Made by a program: the position numbers and the translations under genes
Notes under the pieces: generated by a model
What the model saw: only the letters and a program-made list of their open reading frames with translations
Database searches by the model: none
Told to the model about the DNA's origin: nothing
Assembly: GCF_006345805.1 (NCBI RefSeq)
Contig: NC_043002.1
Coordinates: forward strand, 48,670,001 to 48,734,000
From: Octopus sinensis
Lineage: Eukaryota
Reading direction: 5' to 3'
Length of the DNA: 64,000 nucleotides
Part shown: positions 12,541-25,900 of the stretch, piece by piece
How positions within the stretch are numbered: the stretch's first letter is position 1
How the letters are laid out: the number at the start of each line of letters is the position of its first letter

Positions 12541-13458
12541 TGTATGTATGTATGTATGTATGTATATATATGTATGTATGTATGTATGTGTGTGTGTGTG
12601 TGTATACAAGCGCTGGCGAACGAAAAACAAAGTGTAAGGGAGATAACTTTGTCAACACTTACGCACAGGGAAGAAACGAGAATCTTAAAATCTTATAATT
12701 AGTATTTTTGAAAGCGTACATATATCTATTGTCATTTCTAAAAGCGAATAAAGGAAGGAATAACGGTCATTCAAATGTTTGATCTCCACCAAAACAATAG
12801 TTATTTAATATTCAAGGAATATGTTACACAGCACTTGACACCAAATGCTTTATCCAGACTTATTCAAGAACTGTAAATATTTTTCAATTAAAAGTCTTAC
12901 ATCGGCATTATTCCATATTGAGAGTGATTTTCATTCTCAAAAGTTGAACTAAAAAAATTTATATTTTTATATTTACATAGGACGTAGCGCAAAGTTCATA
13001 TGTAGAAACGTGGAGTTGCCGAGTGGTATCCAAGAGTTAAATGATTTGGGCTAAGATGGGAAAGCGGAGCTCAATCAAGATATGATTGGAACTGTTTTGT
13101 GACCAGCAGTGTATAAGCACCTCCCATAGTCTGAGCCATAAGGTAATAAGAGGTGAGCGTCGGCATCTTAATTCAACTACTGAAAATATATTACGTATTA
13201 TGGGTATAAACAATAAATACGTGGCTCAAATCTTGTCAGTGGTGCACTTGAATATTTTTTTTCTATCTATTCATCCAGCTATCCACATCTCTCTAATGTT
13301 ATCTCTATCGTTATTTCCTTAACTCTCTTTCACTCTTTCAAATTTTAAATCTTAGTTGTTTATTCATGCAGTTCACATCGAAGCTTACTGGAGTATTTAC
13401 TAAGTTCAAAATACTTATTGATGGAATATAATATTTATATTTTTTTATTTTAATTCAC

Positions 13459-13500
13459 CTAGTTTCAGCTCACGAGCTGTGGCCATACTGGGGCACCGCC
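13459..13500 (-). mobile_element. SINE-type 3' tail joined to the 5S copy
   Basis: GGCGGTGCCCCAGTATGGCCACAGCTCGTGAGCTGAAACTAG followed by an A-rich run, 10 nt downstream of the 5S 3' end. Confidence 0.75.
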
Positions 13501-13510
13501 ATTTTTATGA

Positions 13511-13630
13511 ATGCTTACAGCACCTAGGTTTCCCAAGTGGTGACCCATCTAAGTACTAACTTGGCTCGATGTTGCTTAACTTCGGTGATCAGACGAGAAC
13601 CGGGGCTTTCAACGTGATATGGCTGTAAGC
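13511..13630 (-). rRNA. Full-length 5S rRNA sequence, solitary; probably a pseudogene or the head of a 5S-derived SINE
   Basis: Minus strand GCTTACAGCCATATCACGTTGAAAGCCCCGGTTCTCGTCTGATCACCGAAGTTAAGCAACATCGAGCCAAGTTAGTACTTAGATGGGTCACCACTTGGGAAACCTAGGTGCTGTAAGCAT (120 nt). Helix I is perfect (GCTTACAGC/GCTGTAAGC), and box A, IE and box C-like elements are present. No oligo-T terminator follows. Confidence 0.9.
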
Positions 13631-15091
13631 ACGGACTTTGATTCCAGAAATGTTATGTAAATAAATAATCATGTTGTAGGGGTAGAAATACAACAGCTAA
13701 GGGTAAGACAAAAGATGGATACTGATACGTGACATACAGAACTATTTTCCGTTTGTTTGTGTATTTATTATATGTGCTTTAACTTATCAATTAATGGAAC
13801 GCCAGAACCTGAAGCCGGAAGAAAAGCCACGCAAACGGTTCTCCCAACTCGCCAATAATAATAATAAACCTGCTAGACTCATATTGACTACTGTCTTCTA
13901 TTTGCGATTGTGTAGTATGCTTCATATACTACTCATCAACCCCTCCTCTACTTTCCAGACTTTGAATCACTTCAAGTCAGTTGACTAGCCTAAGCATCTT
14001 CAGTTCTGTTCTAACAATTCCTACAGCAAATGACCCATCAAAAACGACTAGACGAGTGACTGAAATTTTTCCCTTCGGCATGCCCCAAACAAGCAAAACT
14101 ATTTTTTGAATGGATTGTAGAGGGACAGGTAATTTATTCACAGCCGTGCAAGCAATTCAGGCCTACAATCCTGTGGTAAATCATTCACCAGTACAACATG
14201 GACCGCATTTACCTAGCACTGCAATTCCTGTATGACCCTCAAGCAAACAGTGCATCATACAGCCTCCAATTGCAGTGGAGCTTTTTTGTCTCTTGCTAAG
14301 AGGATTCCAGCCATGTTTACAGAATTCTATTCTACTTTACTCCTCTTCTCAAAAACTGCATCCCAAAGATTAGGTTTTCCTCTTTCGTGCCCCAACAACT
14401 AACTCTCTGCAAAAGTCAGGCAAAATCAAATTGGAAAACAATAAGAACATCGAGGACGGTACTATTGCCACACACGGAGACACTCCAGGACCACATTCAA
14501 AGAAGACTGACCGATTAATTGGCACGAAGTCGACTACAAACAGATTCCGGTTCACATACATTTTGTCTCCTTTCTCAGCTTCTATCATACTATAGGGGCT
14601 GGTTGATCTTGCGCCGCATCCACTCAAGCACTTGCAACCCACCCGTCTTTCCTCCTCTCATTCATTCCTCCTCTCATTCCACAGGGCTACTCTAACCATT
14701 ATGCATTATCTTTCCTTCCTTCCTTCCTTCCTTCTTTCATTCATTCATTCTCTCTTTCGTTCCTAGAACGTCAATTTTCTGGCTTTCTATTCCTGGTTTC
14801 CCCTCCCCCACCCGTTTCTTTTCTGTTGCCGTAGACTTCCAACTGTTGACCGCGTCGATCTCATTAGTCTCAGACAGCATGCAAAGGTTATGGCCATAAC
14901 CCTTTACTTCAGAGCAAACCAATATGTTTTTTAATCAAATCGTACTTTGAGGAAAGGTAAGCTAAAAACTTAGTTGATTTTACGTTATCGGATACTTCCA
15001 GTGGAGCCAAAGAGGTCAACTTCAAACCTGCCATGTTCGGAACCATCACCTGAATTGAAACCTTTGCACTGATGTATTCAATCATCTAGCT

Positions 15092-15750
15092 CAGTGATTC
15101 TTAACCATTTTTTTTACCTATGGACCCTTTTGATTCCCACCTTGTTCTACTGGACCTCCAGAGCCATTTGATGTCTGCATTTTTTTAAAAACCCTACTGT
15201 ATTTTTATAATCAAATATTATCCTTGTGTGATCTTTTCGGTTTGAACGGCAGTTTTTAACATAATTTCTAGGTAACTAAAAAATTTTAAACTTCGTATAC
15301 TGGTAGAATGTGTTTATAAAACATCTTTTTCTCTTGGCTTTATTGAGAAAATTCTATGGTTTGTAAGATATTTGTTGTTGTTTTTTCTTCAATTTCTGCA
15401 ATTTCAACCAATCAATGACGTCTTTTGAGGTAAAAAAAAAACATTCTGTGCCGTACGAATATGTCCCTCGTTTAAGAAACAAATTGGGTTTATTTACATT
15501 TGTGAAGAGAAAAAGATACCCTTCCCCCCACCCCTAACCCTAAAAGAGATTGAAATGCAATAGATCGATAATTATGGGTGACAATTTCATATGACACTGC
15601 CGTTCAAACCGAAACAATCCGAACTGTGTTTTAAAAAGTGAAATATTTTGCATATTGTAGACGTATAAGCAATTTATAGCACGTAAATTTTAATTAAAAA
15701 ATCTTATATGAACCCCCGAGGGTCATACGGATCCCGGCTGAGAAGCACTG
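15092..15750. mobile_element. hAT-type MITE (CAGTG(A/G)TTCTCAACC termini) carrying a nested MITE
   Basis: Termini CAGTGATTCTTAACC / GGCTGAGAAGCACTG; 8-bp TSD ATCTAGCT/ATCTAGCA. Confidence 0.8.
15229..15620. mobile_element. GGATC-ended (Merlin-like) MITE nested in the hAT MITE
   Basis: TIR (G)GATCTTTTCGGTTTGAACGGCAG; highly similar to 29888-30284. Confidence 0.75.
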
Positions 15751-16479
15751 ATCTAGCAAGTTTCTGGTATCTAAGAGAAGTAATAGAATTTAAAGCATCC
15801 TTGAGAACCACATTTAAATAACTGAAGTAGACTTGAACTCCAGACTGATGCTCATACTTAATTCCGTTTCAACTAATAGAAAGTTTGGATAGCGTGAAGA
15901 AGCGGGATTCTATTGTGCTCTGTCCGAAAAGTTCAAATTTGTTTTCCTTTGAGGTATATTAGATCATTTCGTTTTGTAAACTTCTATCCAGGAAATTTTT
16001 AAACTCAATATTTACACGCTATTATTTATAGCTTAATCTGCTTCAAGCTCCACCATTCGAAAATTAAAATATATTTTTCACGTTCTCACGAAGTTTTTAT
16101 AAATTCTTATGACGTCAATATTTATGGAATTAATTTTGTCGAAAAATACCACCACGAGCACACACAAATTTACTAGTTTTACTTGTCAAAGTATGCCTTG
16201 TAGTTCTTGGTGTTTTGCGAGGTTCTGTGATAAAAATGACTTGGTTGATATGTTATACAAAAGTTATCTCCCTTCAAATACAATGGTAGATCTTAACGAA
16301 TATTGGGAAATAATCATTTAACATTTAGTTACGCATTTTTACTGTTTTGTCTTTCTTTGTTAAAGTAAATTCATTAAATATTATTACTATATCATAAAAA
16401 AGGTTCTTCATTTGATTATTTTTTAAAGCAGGTTTATATTGATTTGAAATGTTATCACGAGTTCATTCTTTATAACAAG

Positions 16480-16534
16480 TGAAGCTAGCAATTTTTCTTC
16501 ACATACTGTTGTTGTTGAGACGTCGTGGCGAAAT
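16480..16534 (+). other. SURF6: Candidate non-coding first exon of SURF6
   Basis: A CpG-containing stretch ends in a strong donor, GAAAT|GTAAGT (16535). The next exon starts with the ATG. The start coordinate is approximate. Confidence 0.4.
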
Positions 16535-17749
16535 GTAAGTGTATTTATATTAGTTTCTTTCTCGTGATTATAATTTCTAATAGTTTTCTAATACATACAT
16601 GCGTCTTGAAAAAAATTACTAATATAGTTTTAGTCTATATTCACTAATTCTTAATCATTCTATTAATTTTTGTTTTAATTCTCTGAACACGTGGTTCCAG
16701 ACTGGATTTCAATAGAGTTACTTTCTACTTGTGAGAATTTCAAAGTAATTATTATGTAAAACAAAACTTACAAAATTAATGAAAAAGGCTACACAAAAAT
16801 AAACTGTAAAAGAAATTTAGGGAACCTTTCTGCACCGATTCAAAAATCTAAAATAAAAAGATTGACTGCCTAAAGCAACAAACGATTTTCGAAAGAAATA
16901 AACTCAATTTAGTACACAACCATCCCTTTACAGATTAAACCACTGTTTAAAATTACAATTTATCTTTTGTCTGTAACTATTAACTTTCACAAAAGTGACA
17001 ACGCCACATTGGTATTAATATTATATTTATAGAAAAGACGTAGTTCCATGTATAAGGGGGGTGGGGAACACTTTCTGTCTCTTAGACGAAACATCTCTCC
17101 AGATATGTTAATATTATCTACCTGCGACATTTGAACTTGTTGATATATAACCAGCGTTAGACTGTTTACTAATTTCGGTTCGAATTAAAACAGCTCAGTA
17201 GTTCAATTACTCGGATCTTGTGAATTTTCCGAAAGTCTTCTCCTAACACTCCCAGGTTCATTTGCGCAGTATTTTTTTTTTTTTTTTTGTCATATTCGTT
17301 TTCTACACAGTTATTAACATCTAGCAGGCTGGGGTTTTTTTTTGTTGTTTTTTTTTTTAACTAGTGAAGCTCTTTATATTAACCTTTTAACAAAATGTTC
17401 ATTATCAAACAAACTCCAATACTGTTTACTAAGTACTTTCCGTTTTGAATTAAAAATAAGCCAAAGCTATCGGCAGGATTCTGGTTTAACCACCCCATAT
17501 AACCCTTCATAATTATTTTATTTTTTGGCATGTTTTCTGTTGCTAAATATCCTTCATTTCACCAATTACTGAGAAGGTGTGGGAAGAAAGAATAGGAAGA
17601 GAAAAAGTGATTGTTGGAGGGTGGTTCAATAGAAACAACATGTGTGATGTGATGGAAGAGAAAAGTTGATTGAAGTGGAAGCTCTGAGAGTGAAAGAATG
17701 TTGGAAGAGGATATTTACTGGAATCACTTTGATTAGTTTTTATGCAAAC

Positions 17750-18070
17750 ATGATCATCATCATTTAGCGTTCGTTTTTCATGCTGGCATGGGTTTGACTT
17801 GGACTGGTAAGCCAGAGAGCTATTCCAGACTCCAGTCTGATTTGGCTGGATGATGCCCTTCCAAGAATGTAGTAGATACCTTTTATGTGTCACCAGCACT
17901 GGCCACAACCATGATTTCACTTGGCTTGGTGTGTCTTCTCAAGCACAGCAAATCGCCAAAAGTCTCGATCACTTGTCATCACCTCCATGAGACCTGACAT
18001 GCTTCACCTCCTCATCCTATGTCTTCCTGGGTTTATCTCTTCCAAAAGGTTTCCTCCACCTTTAGAGATT
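17750..18070 (-). mobile_element. RTE LINE 3' end fragment with (GAT)n tail
   Basis: CATCATCATTTAGCGTTCGTTTTTCATGCTGGCATGGG matches the reverse of the RTE tail at 48035-48080. Other short tails lie at 19170-19420, 23340-23625, 23955-24185, 26560-26770, 33170-33390, 35420-36300, 38720-38990 and 56405-56610. Confidence 0.75.
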
Positions 18071-18231
18071 AGCACATCTTAATGCTGCAATCCTCGTAAC
18101 TAGTAAATATCTTTTTTTTTTTTTTAGATATCTAATATTCATTTTCACTCCATTACCAAAGTCCATATTGAATAATATTGATATATGATGTAATGAACTA
18201 TTTATATATTACTTATTTGTTTCTGTTTCAG

Positions 18232-18388
18232 ATGGCTATCAATTTACCAAATATTGAAGAAGACAATGAACTGTTTGAGCAGCTTTATTCTCTTTTGCCC
18301 AATGGCCCTAATAAAACACAATTAGAACCAAAATCTAAACAGACCAAAGCAAAAGGTCCAGTAATTGATTCAAATGATTCAAAAGAAA
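18232..18388 (+). CDS. SURF6: SURF6 coding exon 1 (MAINLPNIEEDNELFEQLYSLLP...)
   Basis: Acceptor TTCTGTTTCAG|ATG; donor GAAA|GTAAGT; phase 1. Confidence 0.75.
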
Positions 18389-21300
18389 GTAAGTAATGAA
18401 TTCTATATACCTATATTGAACTTTTATGTAATCATCATGTCATTATGCTAGGAATAGATTGATAAATACACAAGAATTGCATTGGTAGATTCACAAGCAA
18501 GTGGGGATCTATTTTGATATGTTTAACAATACGATAACCCCATGAATTGCTCAGCTAGCTGGCCAGAAAGTGTAGATGGTTTGTTATGAAGAGAACATAA
18601 TGCTAAACCTGGCTGTAGTGAAAGCATAGTAGCTACTGAAAGAAATTGAAATAGTGTTACTCTGTTGACAGCAAAGCAATTTCTTTCATTCTGCTGCTGT
18701 TGAACATTGTATGGAGGCTGTTAAAGAAGTGTGATGATTGTAACACACAAACTTGGATTAAGGAGAATATGCAGAAGCTAGAAAGAAGTGGATTCGTTAA
18801 TTAGTTAGATGTGTAATGTTAACTTTCATGAAAGACAAGAGACAAGTGATCCAGGAGTGTTGATAACATTAAAAGCAACAGTTGATAACATGTAAGTATG
18901 GCAACTGCATTGATATCAACGAAAAACAACAGAAGATACTTGAATCAGGGAAAATTCATGGGAAGATCTGGCCTCAGAATGTTAAAGCATCATAGAATCT
19001 AGCAGGGGGGCATGAGGCCATATTTTCTAGAGTGTCAGGAATTGAATTGATCTAGTACAGTGGTTCTCAACCAGGGTTCATATAAGGTTTTGTGGGGTCA
19101 ACGTAACAAAATAATAAATTGGGGATCCACAATAGTATTTTAAAGACTCCTGAAAACATTTGCTTTCAACATCATCATCATCATTTAATATCTGCCTTCC
19201 ATGCTAGCATGAGCGGGGCAGTTTTGCAAAATTTTTACAGCTAGATGCTCTTCCTAACACTAACTACTCAGCAGAGTGGACTTAGTGCTTTTTATTTGGC
19301 ACAAGCACAGTTGAGGTCAGTTTTAACAAGGTTTTTACGGCTGGATGCCCTTCCAAACACCAGGCACTTCACAGTGTGGACTGGGTGCTTTTAAGTGGCA
19401 CTGACAAGGTCACCAAGTACTTGCAAGACAGCAAAAAATAAAAAAAAAATTTCAAGAGGGGAGGAAGTGATCTTGTGTTGGATGATGAAAAAATTATAGT
19501 AGGACAGATACGGGTATCTTGCTGTAGAGGAAGTACAAGGTTACTCGGCTGGAGAGAGAGAGATTAGGAATGAAGACAGGAATGGGTGCGCTGCTGCAAA
19601 GGAAATACACAGTTACCCAACCTGAGTGAAGTGCAGGAGAAGGAGAGAGAGAGAGTGAAAGACAGCAGGATAGAGATGGTGGCAAAATACCACAAGGAAC
19701 AGAGATCAGAATATAAATGGGATGGTTGAGTAAAAGAGAGAGATATAGATGGTGGCAAGTGCCAGGGCATACCCTTGAGGTTCCAATGCCATAATATAAG
19801 TGGCAGGATATTACGAAAGATGTGTGATTAAAGAGAGCGAGTAGTTGGTGAAAAACCTGGGTATATATAGATTGGTTGGGCTACCGGATAGCAATGATAC
19901 AATGGAAGAGGTCCATGATGACAGGACTGGGAAGCAAGAGCTTGGCATAGTGTATGAAGGAGGAAATGTGAGAAAGAGGAATGATGTGATGTAAATTGGT
20001 TTTTTGGGGGTAGGGTGAGGGAAAACTTTTCTTATGTGTGGATGGAACACACAGGTCGGGGGCTAGCAGATAGCAATAATACAGTGAGATGGGGTGTGCG
20101 GGTAGAACACATAGGTTGGGAGCAAGCTGAAAGCATTGATACAGTGGCACAGGGCCAAGAGGATAGGATTGGGGGTGGGAGGTAAACTTAGTGCATGAAG
20201 CAGAAATATGAGGAAGAGAAGAGATATAGAGAGATAGTTGGGTTTGTTGTGGTAGTTTGTGAGAAGTCTACTTAAGTGTGGATGGGACATACAACAGTTC
20301 TAGAACTCAGTTCGCTGACATGGGCGGGTCTTCTCAAGAACTTTATATCGTCAGACACCTTGATCCTTTGTCATTTTCTCTGTGAGGCCCAACTTCATGA
20401 GATCGGTCCTTACCACTTCATCCCACATCGTCTTGGGTCTCTCTCTTCCATGGGTACCATCCATTTTCAGTGATCAGCACTTCTTTATGCAGCTCTCCTC
20501 ATTCATATGCATAACATGTCCAAACCAATGTAGTTTCTCTCTTGCATGATACATTTGATTCCGTTTATGTTCCACTTTTCTTTCGATACATTTGCACTTT
20601 GCCGTAGATGTGCACTGATGTTGCACATCCAACGGAGCATACCACCTTTGTTTCTCTTCAGTCTACGCATGTCTTCTGCATGCGGAGCCCATGCCTCACA
20701 AGCATTATATAGTCTGCCTTTCACTCTGAGAGACAGTTTTTTGTTGCCAACAGAAGTAGTAGCTCTTTGAACTTCCTCCACCCAAATCTTATTCTGGAAG
20801 CAATACTTTCAGAGCATCCTCCACCATTGCTAATTTGGTCACCTAGGTAACAGAAATGATCTACAACCTCAAGAGAGCCTCTTGAGCATTTGAGAGACTC
20901 TAAGTCCCATGTGCTCTTAGTGCTTTTTGTTCCTGCACTTCTGCCACATACAAAGATAACTTTATCTATTAATCCACCTATGATTCCACTGCACCTCTTA
21001 TGTGTCCATAGCTTACACTGGGTGCAGTGAATGGAATTTCTTCCAACTCCTTTCCTACATATTGAGCAGGACCATTTACCTGACAGAAAGATTGTTTTAT
21101 CTTCTTTCTTACTAACAACCACTTTAGTCTTAGCTAAGTTAACTTTAAGGGCCTTTCATTCCAGGTTTTGTTTCCATACCTGGGGTTTCTTCTCCATTTC
21201 TGCTAAAGATTCTGCAATAAGAGCAAGGTCATCAGCATAAAACAGTTCCCACTGACACCCAGTTTTGAACTACTCTGTTATGGCATGGAGGACTATAATA

Positions 21301-24300
21301 GGAGTGGGCTGTGAACTGATGGTGAACTCCTACCTGAACACTAAAGTCATCGCTGTATTCATGGCCGACTCTCACCTTACTAGCAGCACCACTGTACATG
21401 GCTTGGACAGCTCTAACAAGCCAACTTCCTTAGAGACCACCATATAACAAGAGCTGGGAGCTCTGTCTTAGGCTTTCTCCAGGTCGATGAAGGCTAAATA
21501 CAGTGGCTTACTTTTGGCCAAGTATTTTTCCTGCAGCTGTTTCACTAGGAAGATGGCATCTGTGGTACTCTTCCTAAGTACAAAACCAAACTGCATCTCA
21601 TCTAATTTAATTCTATATCTAATCAATTGAGCTATAACCCTCTCAATAATTTCATGACTTGGTCTAGCATGTAGTTGTTTCTATCTAAGGCATCACCTTT
21701 ACCCTTGTAGCAGCTAACTATAATACCACTACAACAGTCGTTGGGTATGGTGCCTTCCTGAATAACCTGATTAACTATACAGGTGACTAAGCTGTGTCCT
21801 ATACCACCAGAAATTTTAACCATCTTAGCAGTGATTCCTGATGACCCAGGAGCTTTCCCTGTCTTCATGTCCTTAATTGCTTTATCTGTACAGGAGTTGC
21901 TGTGTGGTAAGTAGCTTGCTTACCAACCACATGGTTCCAGGTTCAGTCCCACAGCGTGGTACCTTAAGCAAGTGTCTTCTACTGTAGCCTCAGGCCGACC
22001 AAAGCCTTGTGAGTAGATTTGGAAGACGGAAACTGAAAGAAGCCTGTCATATATATGCAAATGATTGAAACAACTAAAAGAGTATAGTTCAACCAATACA
22101 TGTTAATGTGTGAAAAACAAAATAGGATTTTTGAAAGTAGTTTCTATAAAACTAGTTTTTAAACTACAAATGGCTATGGGTCCACCAGAATAAAATAGTA
22201 ATCAAAAGGAGTCCATAGCTAAAAAATGGTTGAGAACTTGTGGTCTAGTATATTATTGGTATTCAATTTCTTAATCCCAAAATAATGATGAATCAAACCT
22301 GACAATTTAAAATTCAGAATGTTCAAAACAAAACAAAATGCAATTTTTATTTCTACCTCCTCATCCTCTGTCTCACTGAATGCCTTGTAATCTGCATTTT
22401 ACTTTCAATGTTTATTTACAGCTGAAGACAATGCCATTCAATTAGAAATCAAACTTCAGAACAAGATTGAATCCTTGCAGTGTAAGTAGAAAATTATCTG
22501 CTAATTAATTTTAGTCCATCAGCAAATACTGTAAATCCTCGAGTATAGTCTGCCCTTGAGTATAATACGCAGGGGATTTTTAGGAGGCTGAAAAACCTAA
22601 ACCTTGTGTATAATACACACCCCTTCTCTAACTTGAGTCAAGGAGGTCTATATAATGTCCTTGGTTTGTAAAAATATATACAGTAATGTATTTTATTATT
22701 ATTGTATATATAACATAATGCAAACGTGTAGCATTTTTGTGCATTTTGTTTGCAGAAAATAAAAAAATAACAGTAATAACATTTAATAAATGTTGCTTAT
22801 TGCAAGTTATGGATGATTCTTTTATGATTTCATTGCTTTTCAGGCTTAGCTTCAGGTATTTTCGCGCCCGACATCACAAAATGTGTCTGAATAAACATTG
22901 CCGGACAGCAAATAGAGACTCGGACATTGCTTAGAAAATAATTTTCATTTTTAACCTCGTATATAGTACGCACTAGGGATTTTGACCTTTAAATTTTGGG
23001 GGGGAAATGTAGATTATACTCGAGGATTTACAGTATACAACATTAATTTACTATCTTCTTAGTAGCCCTTTAATACTGCCGATGTAAAACTTTTGAATAA
23101 ATTAGTGTTTCAGAGGTTGAGTTAGGGCTTATTGGGTTTATGAAAAGTAAACTATTTTTACTTGTTATTTTCAAATTTGATGCAATGCCAGCAATTTCAG
23201 AGGAGGAGTAAGTCAATTACATTGACCCCAGTGGGATTTGAACTTAGAATATAAAATTGTGAAATGCCTCTAAGCATTTTGCCTGGCATGCTAACAATTC
23301 TGCCAGCTTAATGCCTTAATATTTCTATATATTAAAAGACATACTCTGCAGCAGGAATATTAATCAGTCTCTCTGGTGGTGTAAAGCACTCATGGTAGTA
23401 CCACATAAAGCGCCCATGCGGTGTCACATAAAAGCACCTGTGCAATGCCACACAAAAGTGCCTGTACAGTACCACATAAAAATTTCTGTGTGGTGCCACG
23501 TAAAAGCACCCAACACACCGTAAAGTGGTTGGCATTAGGCAGGGCATTCGCCCATAGAAACTATGCCAAATCAGACTAGAGTCTGATTCTCCCCAGCTTG
23601 CCAGCATAGAAAACAGACATTAAATGATATCTCACTGCAATGTACAACAAACTGTTATGGTGCTGGACTACACAGCCTTATGGTTAGCAAAATTTGTACA
23701 TAAAAATGTTAACTCTATATATGTTGCGATCAAAGCCCAAGTATTTTCTCATCACAGATTATCTCGGATCAAATATCAAATAATGAAGTATGGAAAATTT
23801 CATTTAGATATTTTTGTTTCTATTTAACATTCTACTCCAAGTTGCATAAAGAAGCATTTTTAAGAGCCACAGCATGCTAAACCTGATTTTCCAGTGGAAA
23901 TAAAATTTAATACTAAATCTTAACCTTTTAGTTTCAACTGATTGATTCTGCCTCTGCTTAATCATCATCAAGATCATCATCATTTGACATTTGTTTTCCA
24001 AATTGGTACGAGTTGGATAGTTTGACAGGAGCTGACAAGGCCATAAGTTGTACCAGGCTTTGTTGTCTGTTTCGACATGGTTTCTACAGTTGGATGTCCT
24101 TCCTAACACCAACCACTTTACACTGTACATGATGTTCTTTTGCATGTCAACATCACCAACTGGGTCTCCAAGTACCTTGCAAGAGAAAGGCAAAAAACAC
24201 TCAACTGGGAGTGGGGGAGTAGTATTGGAGAGGGGTTGCTTTGTGCCAGTTGAGAGATTAATAGTATAGAGAGATAGGTGACCTGCAGTAGATACATGGA

Positions 24301-25899
24301 CACTTCAACTGGGAAAGAAAGGAGAATGAGTTAGAGGGTAAGATAAGGAGAGTGTAGTGAAAGAGATTATGGTAAAGATGTCAGGACATTAAAGGTGGTG
24401 AGAATAAGTGAGGTGATACAGAAGTTTGGGCAGGTTAGAGATGACAAGTAAACGATGTTGAGAAATATAGGAGAGGCTCAGGGGTGCAAGGGTTGTGGTA
24501 GATATGAGGGCATTGAGGGTGATAGCTGTTAAGCAAGGTTTTAATGGTTTAATGGTAGAGAACAGCACAGGAGAGAGAAGGCACAGAAAGGTGATTGGTG
24601 GAGATAGTAGGTGGAGGACAATAATGGGAATTGGAAGTGGTTTGGGGTGGGAAAGTAAGGTAAATAAGAAAACCAGGGTATGTAATGTGTGCCTGTTCTC
24701 TGTTCTACTTTATCATATGTAATATTTATTTATTTGCTTTGTTTTGAATTAATTATACATTATTTTGTAGCTTCAAGATTTCAGTGATATGATTTTTTTT
24801 TTTTTTTTTTTTGAATGACATTGTAGTACAGGTGTGGTGAGAGGCTGGATCTGGCCAGATGTGGCTGCTTTAACCCTTTAGCATTTAAACTGGCCATATC
24901 TGACCAAAATATTCTACTTGCTTTGTGGTCAAACTGGCTAGATTTGGCCTCCCACATCTACCCATGAATGTCATTTGAAACTAACATTCACATCATTGAA
25001 ATCTCAAGGCTGCAAGATAATGCATGATTAATTCAAAACAATGTGCATTAATAAGCATTACATTTGACGGTAATTTGAATGCTGAAGAGCTAAATACTAA
25101 ATGATTAAATTAACACTTCGCAATTTTATGTTCCAAGCACCAGCTAGTCACAATGTAAAAGTCATTTTATTTAAATACTTTATTATTATTTTACAAAATT
25201 GATTAAAATACATATTTCATTGTTAATATGATCACAAAACTTTTAAATAACTAAATTTACTAATTATACTTTCCTTTCATTTTAGCCAAACGTAAATTAC
25301 TTGAAAGAGGTGTTGTTTTGGAAAGACGGCGTATAAAGAAACAAGAAAAGAAACTTCAAAAGAAGAAAAAGTCTCTCTCTGCAAAGACAGAGAATCCAAC
25401 TAAAAAGGAAAACAAGAAATTGGAAAAAGATGTTCCACAAGTAAACCAGGAAGAGAAGTTTTTATACGGATCTCTTGAAATTGGTGACTCTAATAAAAAA
25501 AAACGCAAAACTATAACAGGACTTCATGGTAAGAATTACAAACAGCTTCTAGCTAAAGTAGAGAAATCTGAGAAGAAATTGAAAGAGCTGGCAATAACAG
25601 ATTCTGAAGCTGCTGACAAGTTGAGATCAGATGCTAAAATGAAGGCTGCACTGGACAAGGCAATGGGGAAAAAAATCAAGGATAATCCCCAGCTTTTAAA
25701 AAAAGCTCTGAAGAGAAAAGAGAAATTAAAAATGAAACGCAAGAAGGCATGGGAAGAACGTGAAGATAATGTGAAGAAGAAGCAGGATGCAAAACAGGCA
25801 AAACGTGTCAGAAATATTGAGAAAAGAAAAGACAAAGTAAAAACATCAAAATCAAAGAAATCTATTAAAAGAGGAAAGATTACGCCTGGAATGTTGTAA
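18232..25899 (+). CDS. SURF6: Surfeit locus protein 6 (nucleolar ribosome-biogenesis factor); join(18232..18388,22422..22481,25286..25899), 276 aa
   Basis: Three exons (157+60+614 = 831 nt) with AG/GTAAGT sites and matching phase-1 introns. The protein includes LEIKLQNKIESLQ and the basic C-terminal SURF6 domain (GKNYKQLL...KIKDNPQLLKKALKRKEK...W..R...KRGKITPG). Confidence 0.9.
19058..22242. mobile_element. hAT-type MITE split by ~2.9 kb of nested RTE and SINE insertions, in SURF6 intron 2
   Basis: Left TIR CAGTGGTTCTCAACC (19058), right GGTTGAGAACTTGTG (22242), TSD ATCTAGTA/GTCTAGTA. Same family as 15092-15750, opposite orientation. Confidence 0.7.
20300..21895 (-). pseudogene. Degraded RTE-clade LINE (RT and C-terminal region)
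   Basis: ORF fragments 21632-21868, 20721-21122 and 20503-20781 are homologous to the 539-aa ORF at 45877-47496; many frameshifts. Confidence 0.9.
22422..22481 (+). CDS. SURF6: SURF6 coding exon 2 (TEDNAIQLEIKLQNKIESLQ)
   Basis: Acceptor TTTATTTACAG|CT; donor CAGT|GTAAGT; 60 nt, phase 1 to phase 1. Confidence 0.8.
22529..23033. mobile_element. Tc1/pogo-type MITE
   Basis: TIR CTGTAAATCCTCGAGTATA / TATACTCGAGGATTTACAG with TA TSD. It starts 48 nt after the end of SURF6 exon 2. A second copy lies at 33837-34332. Confidence 0.85.
25286..25899 (+). CDS. SURF6: SURF6 terminal coding exon
   Basis: Acceptor TTCCTTTCATTTTAG|CC is in frame with track ORF 25318-25899; TAA stop. Confidence 0.92.
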
Positions 25900-25900
25900 A

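Noticed and set aside
14370-14642. 90-aa ORF in CpG-containing unique sequence, open on both strands
   Set aside because: No recognisable motif and no convincing splice or phase partners; it needs a BLAST search.
14000-16480. A head-to-head Surfeit-cluster neighbour (e.g. RPL7A) upstream of SURF6
   Set aside because: No recognisable exons for Surfeit genes on either strand.
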